Source of the DNA: Felis catus
Taxonomy: Eukaryota
Direction of reading: 5' to 3'
DNA: 64,000 bases
NCBI RefSeq assembly: GCF_018350175.1
Contig: NC_058368.1
Location: 187,304,001-187,368,000, forward strand
Below are positions 61,501-64,000 of this stretch, piece after piece. A model generated the notes under the pieces. It made no database searches and was not told the origin of the DNA. It was given only the letters and a program-made list of their open reading frames with translations. The position numbers and the translations under genes were made by a program. Within the stretch, counting starts at the first letter, position 1, and every line of letters begins with the position of its first letter.

Positions 61501-62336
61501 CAGGGAAAACAGAATATGGGTCAAGTGCTAAACTGTGGTGTCTACCCTGCCTCACATCCTTTTGCAGTCAGCAACAAGATGGGTTGAGTGATTTTGTGCT
61601 TCATTTGAATTTCCCTAGCTTACAATGCCTTCCTTCTCTAGGACTCTGCTTACCTTTCCTACTTCATTTTCCCCCTACTATGTGCTCAACAAACGGACCA
61701 TCTGGGACCTTTTTGAACTTTTCAGCATCAAGTTCTCACTTTTCCCTGGTCTGCCTTTCCTCTCTTTTCAAGAGATTAACTCCTCTGAATATGATATATA
61801 TTCTCTTCTGTACTCCCTGGGGTACTTTGTATACCTGGTACCATTGTATCATTTGCTACCTTGAATTGTACTACATTTTCCCTGCCTAGTAGACTATAGA
61901 CTCCTTGAAGGTACACAGAAGCATCTTCAGCAGTTGGTATTGTGCCTGCTGGTTGCTCAATAAATTTCTTGTTCACCCGTTCTGCAATGTTCTGGAATAC
62001 CCATCATGGCTTCTGCTACAAATATGTTTCCAAAGAATTTAACCATATTAACTCACTCCTCATCTTGTCTGTTCCTTGGGTCAGTTCCCCAGGGATGGCA
62101 GCTGAGTATCTTCCCATTCCTTCCCCTCCCATGATACCTGCCTTCACTGACGCTTTATCATCACTGTGTCAAAACCAAGGCCTTGAATCTAAGGATACAT
62201 CTGACAATGCCTGCTTTTTCCTCCTCTGCAGACCTACAAAGACTCTGATATTGATGTCTTTACCTTTGGGACACCCATCAACACCATCTCCCTTGCCACA
62301 ATTCTCTTGCACCAGGCAATGGAAATGAAGACCTGG
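9363..62336 (+). CDS. ATP10B: Phospholipid/glucosylceramide-transporting P4-ATPase ATP10B, partial multi-exon CDS (17 internal exons, 1024 codons; 5' and 3' exons outside the window)
   Basis: Exon lengths 86,107,132,128,253,239,192,601,110,127,185,322,77,126,201,81,105 sum to 3072 nt, with consistent phases and no stop. Motifs: [77 protein letters not shown]. Linkers ([35 protein letters not shown]) match ATP10B as recalled, not ATP10A or ATP10D. Confidence 0.96.
9561..9760 (+). mobile_element. Can-SINE 1 of a tandem triplet (most diverged)
   Basis: ggggcaccttggtggctcagttgg...ctcttgatttcgg...gagcctgcttgggattc; flanked by aaatgcta / aactgcta. Confidence 0.92.
9775..9998 (+). mobile_element. 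Can-SINE 2 of the triplet (young feline type, CpG-rich)
   Basis: ggggcgcctgggtggctcggtcggtcaagcgtccgacttcggctcagg; preceded by aaaactgctagaga. Confidence 0.95.
10010..10224 (+). mobile_element. Can-SINE 3 of the triplet (youngest feline type)
   Basis: Variant positions cagccaggtcacg, ctgggctgatgg, gcctgtttcc, tgtcccaaaaataaataaacgttg; pure A tail; TSD aaactgctaga at 9999-10009 and 10225-10235. Confidence 0.95.
11378..11600 (+). mobile_element. Can-SINE with a long (CT)n tract, fused at its tail to L1
   Basis: gggcgcctgggtggctc head; (CT)n about 11543-11583. Confidence 0.92.
11601..12462 (+). mobile_element. 5'-truncated feline L1: ORF2 C-terminus plus 3'UTR, non-functional
   Basis: ORF 11620..12156 ([10 protein letters not shown]...HCWWEC...CTPMFIAAL...EWIKK) is LINE-1 ORF2p. 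Premature TAG at 12154-12156 replaces Trp; a zinc-knuckle Cys is replaced by Arg (CWRGR); G-rich 3'UTR; AATAAA at 12441. Confidence 0.95.
12750..12920 (+). mobile_element. MIR SINE
   Basis: 'tttagagccagac...ttgaatccc...gccatttactagct...cctcagtttc...aacctatcttataaggttgtcatga'. Confidence 0.65.
13828..13934 (+). CDS. ATP10B: ATP10B exon (107 nt) [35 protein letters not shown](G)
   Basis: tccccag|G...GCAG|gtcatt; phase 2 to 1; P4-ATPase LLLRGC motif. Confidence 0.95.
15345..15535 (+). mobile_element. MER20-like hAT DNA transposon
   Basis: 'ggttctccaccttggcactattga...tttagcagaatccctgg...tagatgcca...gtgacaacccaaaat...ccctggttgagaac'. Confidence 0.8.
17354..17485 (+). CDS. ATP10B: ATP10B exon (132 nt) [43 protein letters not shown](G); includes TM3
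   Basis: ttcttccaaag|GC...GTAG|gtatgg; phase 1 to 1; absent from the ORF track on + strand. Confidence 0.94.
17875..18574 (-). mobile_element. MLT1D-like MaLR solo LTR interrupted by a Can-SINE
   Basis: Begins tgtattagttttctattg; 'ggataatcaaggat...cccatctcaagacctttaacttaaatcacat...cccttttgccatataag'; resumes 'ggggaattaggatgtgg' after the SINE. Confidence 0.8.
18297..18508 (+). mobile_element. Can-SINE inserted in the MLT1 LTR
   Basis: ggggcacctgggtggctcag head; degenerate TSD aagata(gc)atattga. Confidence 0.9.
20821..20948 (+). CDS. ATP10B: ATP10B exon (128 nt) [42 protein letters not shown]; lumenal loop and start of TM4
   Basis: cctctcag|GT...CTCCAG|gtagga; phase 1 to 0; absent from the ORF track. 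Confidence 0.94.
21055..21340 (+). mobile_element. Can-SINE with an eroded 5' end and (CATT)n/(CT)n expansion
   Basis: 'ggtcatgatctcacag...gagccccgcatcgggctctgtgctga...gagcctggagcc...gattctgtgtctccctct'. Confidence 0.9.
21950..22445 (+). mobile_element. L2 LINE 3' fragment
   Basis: 'cttcaggtctctgctcaaaggtca...ctagaatatgag...acctagaacaggatctgacacatggcaagcact'. Confidence 0.65.
22639..22705 (-). mobile_element. 67-bp extreme 5'-truncated feline L1 insertion with TSD
   Basis: Reverse complement matches the L1 3' end at about 12398-12455; TSD aggcacat(a/g)ctttt at 22625-22638 and 22706-22719. Confidence 0.88.
22900..23152 (+). CDS. ATP10B: ATP10B exon (253 nt) VLIPISLY...[12 protein letters not shown]...HQEN; PISL motif and phosphorylated Asp
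   Basis: ccccacag|GTG...AATG|gtacaa; phase 0 to 1; DKTGT P-type ATPase signature. Confidence 0.97.
24252..24490 (+). CDS. ATP10B: ATP10B exon (239 nt) (A)[16 protein letters not shown]...PPVAFSSSL
   Basis: tttcttgcag|CC...TCCCTA|gtaagt; phase 1 to 0. Confidence 0.93.
24610..25405. mobile_element. MER102-like hAT element, interrupted by a SINE
   Basis: Shares 'gatttctggcttct...gtggcaataattggc...tgcctggaccctgt' blocks with 38820-39153 and 60960-61303; family name from memory. Confidence 0.4.
24738..24966 (-). mobile_element. Can-SINE, antisense to ATP10B
   Basis: Ends ...aaccgactgagccacccagg; perfect 13-bp TSD tctggcttctttt at 24725-24737 and 24967-24979. Confidence 0.95.
29055..29132 (+). 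mobile_element. 78-bp extreme 5'-truncated carnivore L1 insertion with TSD
   Basis: cctgaaatcattattacactctgtgttaactaacttggatttaaat plus A-rich tail, matching the 3' end of the L1 at 58149; perfect 16-bp TSD taaaactgagaagaga at 29039-29054 and 29133-29148. Confidence 0.9.
29235..29412. mobile_element. MER5A-like hAT element
   Basis: 'ctcaaactgtggtcctcagaccagcagcat...gggagcttatagaaatgcag...tgaatcagcatctg...aacaagat...taaagttt'. Confidence 0.8.
29420..29650 (+). mobile_element. MIR SINE
   Basis: 'gtgaccttggacaagttac...tgagcctca...aaaatgggagaataatagtag'. Confidence 0.7.
30584..30784 (+). mobile_element. Can-SINE, older member of a tandem pair
   Basis: ggggtgcctgtgtggctcagttggttgag...; preceded by aaaagcatcccattcgt. 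Confidence 0.85.
30806..31038 (+). mobile_element. Can-SINE, younger member of the tandem pair
   Basis: ggggcacctgggtggctcagtcagttaagcgtcc; flanked by aagcatccaat / aagcatcccat. Confidence 0.93.
33793..33984 (+). CDS. ATP10B: ATP10B exon (192 nt) [11 protein letters not shown]...[23 protein letters not shown]
   Basis: ttctttctcag|GAA...CAGAGA|gtaagg; phase 0 to 0. Confidence 0.95.
34480..34518 (+). repeat. (AAT)13 microsatellite
   Basis: Perfect trinucleotide run. Confidence 0.95.
35467..36067 (+). CDS. ATP10B: ATP10B exon (601 nt) VTMPPSAK...[12 protein letters not shown]...FDSVRKRMS...KGADS...EDPAC; N domain
   Basis: ttttaccacaag|GTC...TGCG|gtgagt; phase 0 to 1; covered by ORF 35473..36135. 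Confidence 0.96.
38434..38543 (+). CDS. ATP10B: ATP10B exon (110 nt) (A)[36 protein letters not shown]
   Basis: ttttacag|CA...AAAAAG|gtaaaa; phase 1 to 0; GLRTL motif. Confidence 0.95.
38820..39153. mobile_element. MER102-like hAT element
   Basis: 'agaaccaagtagtagctgatccctttgatgaggg...ccctgcaagcctttgactttgcaacacctg'. Confidence 0.5.
39295..39545 (+). mobile_element. MIR SINE
   Basis: 'agtcagacctacctggg...ccacttacctggtgtgtgaccttgggaaagtttcttcacctctctg'. Confidence 0.75.
40369..40495 (+). CDS. ATP10B: ATP10B exon (127 nt) [42 protein letters not shown](G)
   Basis: ttccatag|GTC...CTCG|gtagct; phase 0 to 1; absent from the ORF track on + strand. Confidence 0.94.
40745..41320 (-). mobile_element. 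L2 LINE fragment
   Basis: 'aaatgcttattgagcacctactatatgccaagg...gctaggcattggg...caggcagaggg...aaattactctggctgc'. Confidence 0.65.
42790..43330 (+). mobile_element. L2 LINE fragment
   Basis: 'gatcctgtcactctcc...aaattccaaatcctt...aggccttccctgact...ttcactgctgtatc...cttagcacagcct'. Confidence 0.65.
43414..43598 (+). CDS. ATP10B: ATP10B exon (185 nt) [16 protein letters not shown]...[14 protein letters not shown]...TENQ; P domain
   Basis: cactccag|GA...AATCAG|gtgagg; phase 1 to 0; TGDK motif. Confidence 0.96.
45720..46247 (-). mobile_element. MLT1F/E-like MaLR solo LTR
   Basis: 'ccaaaattcagtggctgaaaacaa...cacagtttctgtgggttagga...cttagctggg...catggcagctg...ccatcttggaggctgcctaccaca'. Confidence 0.8.
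47614..47935 (+). CDS. ATP10B: ATP10B exon (322 nt) ETCESILNY...LVINGKTL...[27 protein letters not shown](G)
   Basis: actctatag|GAA...ATAG|gtaccc; phase 0 to 1. Confidence 0.95.
49578..49780. mobile_element. MER58-like hAT element
   Basis: 'aaaatatttactatccggccccttacagaaaaagtttgct' terminus. Confidence 0.7.
49841..50014. mobile_element. MER3-like hAT element
   Basis: gctgtgctgtccaa...acatttccattatcacagaaa...ttgacagtgctg termini. Confidence 0.65.
50709..50785 (+). CDS. ATP10B: ATP10B exon (77 nt) (G)[25 protein letters not shown]; hinge motif
   Basis: ttctttcag|GT...CTGCAG|gtattg; phase 1 to 0; GDGAND motif. Confidence 0.96.
52153..52278 (+). CDS. ATP10B: ATP10B exon (126 nt) [42 protein letters not shown]; into TM5
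   Basis: ccctctcag|GCT...AATGTG|gtgagt; phase 0 to 0; FYKN motif. Confidence 0.96.
52380..52785 (+). mobile_element. Two tandem MIR SINEs
   Basis: Two cores ('tctctgagcctcaatttc...gtaaaatggg' and 'ctgtaaagtggggatgataagagtacct') with ggcacatag tails. Confidence 0.65.
54425..54628. mobile_element. MER58A-like hAT element
   Basis: 'aagagccagataatattt...gtgggccata...ctactcaactctgc...aaagcagc...tggctgtgtcccaataaaac'. Confidence 0.8.
54640..54807. mobile_element. MER5A-like hAT element
   Basis: 'cttctcaaaatgtgg...gcatcacctgg...ttagaaatgcagat...gaatcag...taaagattgagaagcactg'. Confidence 0.8.
55720..55930 (+). mobile_element. MIR SINE
   Basis: 'ggttaagag...ctgggttcaaatcccagc...tctcagtgttttcatctgtaaaaggg...cacagggttattgtg'. 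Confidence 0.75.
58149..58848 (-). mobile_element. 5'-truncated carnivore L1 (ORF2 C-terminal remnant plus 3'UTR)
   Basis: Minus [20 protein letters not shown]; perfect 16-bp TSD tctcaggtgggcagtc at 58133-58148 and 58849-58864; internal (TG)/(TA) repeat. Confidence 0.93.
59498..59698 (+). CDS. ATP10B: ATP10B exon (201 nt) [17 protein letters not shown]...[10 protein letters not shown]...[14 protein letters not shown]5-TM6
   Basis: cctgcag|TGT...TCTGAG|gtaagc; phase 0 to 0. Confidence 0.96.
60769..60849 (+). CDS. ATP10B: ATP10B exon (81 nt) [29 protein letters not shown]7
   Basis: tttcctggcag|TGC...TACCTG|gtaagt; phase 0 to 0; not shown in this frame by the ORF track. Confidence 0.94.
60960..61303. 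mobile_element. MER102-like hAT element
   Basis: 'gcatgttcttcagtttgccatagtccctaccactcc...tcactcattta...ggtatttgaatttacaaccc'. Confidence 0.55.
62232..62336 (+). CDS. ATP10B: ATP10B exon (105 nt) [37 protein letters not shown]8
   Basis: cctctgcag|ACC...ACCTGG|gtaagc; phase 0 to 0; not shown in this frame by the ORF track. Confidence 0.94.
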
Positions 62337-62571
62337 GTAAGCACCCAAGAGCCCCTTTGACCTGAAAATTTTCATTCATTTTACTCTGTATCATTGATCC
62401 AATCAATAACTAACTGCTGAACTCCTACACTGTGTCCCATTTGTACAGGAATGAGGGAGGTATAAAAGATAAAGTCCCCAGCCTCAACTTGCTTATTATC
62501 TATCCAGAATGATAAAACTAAGACCTATAAAACAATGAGACAATTTTTTGCAAAAATAGAATGTATTTTCC

Positions 62572-63110
62572 AAATTTTTATATAAATTCTAGTTAGTTAA
62601 CATACAGTGTAATGTTGGTTTCAGGAGTAGAATTTAGTGATTCATCACTTACATATAATACCCAGTACTCATTACAACAAATGCACTCCTTAATGCCTAT
62701 CACCCATTTAACACATCCTCTGACCCACCTCCCTCCATCAATCCTCAGTTTGTTCTCTATAGTTGAGACTTTGTTATGGTTTGCTTTCCTTTTTTTTTTC
62801 CCCTTCCCATATGTTCATCTGCTTTGTTTCCTAAATTCCACATATGAGTGAAATCATATAATATCTGTCTTTTTCTTACCGACTTATTTCACTTAGCATA
62901 ATACACTCTAGCTCCATCCATGTTATTGCAAATGGCAAGATTTTATTCTTTTTATGGCTGAGTAATACTCCATTGTGTGTATGTATATATACACCACATC
63001 TTTATCCACCCATCAGTAAATAGGTGCTTGGGTTCTTTACATAGTTTGGCTATTGTTGATAATGCTGCTAGAAACATTAGGGTGCATGTACCCCTTCAAA
63101 TCTGTATTTT
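62572..63110 (-). mobile_element. 5'-truncated carnivore L1 3' fragment
   Basis: 'tagttagttaacatacagtgtaat...tttcaggagtagaatttagtgattcatcac...ccacatatgagtgaaatcata...gcaaatggcaagattt'. Confidence 0.9.
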
Positions 63111-63423
63111 TGATTTAAAAAATCAAGGATGTTTCAGAGATGAGGAAAATGGTAGCCTGACTATACTTGAGGCTGTGTTAGGGAGGTCTATTCTTTCCAT
63201 TTAATTTCAGGGCAAGCACATCACAAGCATGTCTAAATATCACATTTCAGTATCTAAAAACGGCAATGCCAGCTTTCTCATTAAATTCTTCTAAACAATG
63301 GTAATAACAACAAAGAGCTTAAAATTATTTACCAGGTACCTATTTATATGATTTTTAGTGTATTATCTCATTTAACCTCCTAGAGACCTTTGTTGGTGGG
63401 GGGGGGGGGGGGTCAGTGTCAGT

Positions 63424-63512
63424 CTTACTGAGGTATAATTGACTTATATAGCACTGTATAAGTTTAAGGTGTACAGGATAATCACTTGACGTACATATAT
63501 TGTGATATAATG
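63424..63512 (-). mobile_element. Short old L1 (L1MA9-like) 3' end
   Basis: 'ttactgaggtataattgac...actgtataagtttaaggtgtaca...catatattgtga'. Confidence 0.6.
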
Positions 63513-64000
63513 GATTTTAACTAAACCAGATCAGCCCCTGACATGATGTGCAGTAGCTAGTAAGAGCCACCCAAGGAAACTTCAGATCACACACACCCTC
63601 TGTTCCAATTCATGCCAAAGATAAATAGAATAAAGTGATAAACCCAAAAAACGTATAGCAGAGCCAAGTACAGGATAAATTTCCTCAAGAAGCACCAGCA
63701 TGAGGAGAGACTGAAAAACAGTGGGACAGGGGAGGAAGAGGTACTGGGCTGGCCCAAACTGAAGGCTTTCTGGAATCCAGGACAGGAAACTGTGGCAGAG
63801 GAGAGTCTTGTTCCTATGGGTTAAGAAAGACTGGAGCCCTGTTTACTGCTAGGTTCAGGGTCTGGGCTGAAATTCCCCACTCAAGAAAGCAAGCTGAAGA
63901 AAAGTTGACATGCTATTTGGAATTCCAGTTTTATCAGAAGCCATGAGGAAGGTGGTTAAGATTCAAGGAGACAACTTTAATCCTGGGAACTGAAGCAAGC

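Noticed and set aside
9363..62336. ATP10B as a pseudogene, or as the paralogue ATP10A/ATP10D
   Set aside because: All 17 exons are in frame with GT-AG sites and intact catalytic motifs, and the variable linkers match ATP10B as recalled. Exons outside the window cannot be assessed.
63398..63412. Poly-G run (and C runs near 19052 and 27667) as G-quadruplex elements
   Set aside because: Isolated homopolymers are prone to slippage and sequencing error, and there is no supporting context.
1..64000. A novel multi-gene system, CRISPR array, operon or RNA gene
   Set aside because: The window is intron-exon DNA of a single known mammalian gene. I saw no regularly spaced repeat-spacer array and no recognisable tRNA, rRNA or snRNA. 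The tRNA-like boxes belong to SINE heads.
1..64000. The many 60-160 aa ORFs in the track that do not overlap exons
   Set aside because: Many start at non-ATG codons, none has a recognisable domain, and their lengths are as expected by chance. Several are simply antisense or alternate frames of ATP10B exons.

Overview
Mammalian genomic DNA, most likely from a felid (feline-type Can-SINEs and feline/carnivore L1 3' ends). The whole window lies inside one + strand gene, the P4-type ATPase lipid flippase ATP10B. I traced 17 consecutive internal coding exons from 9363 to 62336. All have GT-AG junctions with matching phases, and they splice into an uninterrupted 3072-nt (1024-codon) frame. That frame runs from the end of the A domain through TM3/TM4 (PISL), DKTGT, the N domain, TGDK and GDGAND into the C-terminal TM helices. 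The start and stop codons lie outside the window. The introns hold typical repeats: Can-SINE, L1, MaLR LTR, hAT MER, MIR and L2. I found no evidence of a new biological system. The most interesting signals are: (1) serial SINE re-insertion into the same target site at two loci; (2) an inverted SINE pair around an in-frame 492-nt two-exon block carrying the catalytic site (circRNA, skipping or editing candidate); (3) a SINE-L1 fusion; (4) a disabled counterpart of a human intron read-through isoform tail; (5) a cluster of CpG-type substitutions in the protein; (6) two candidate intronic regulatory elements. Comparisons to human ATP10B and repeat family names are from memory and need database confirmation. 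Boundaries of old repeats are approximate.
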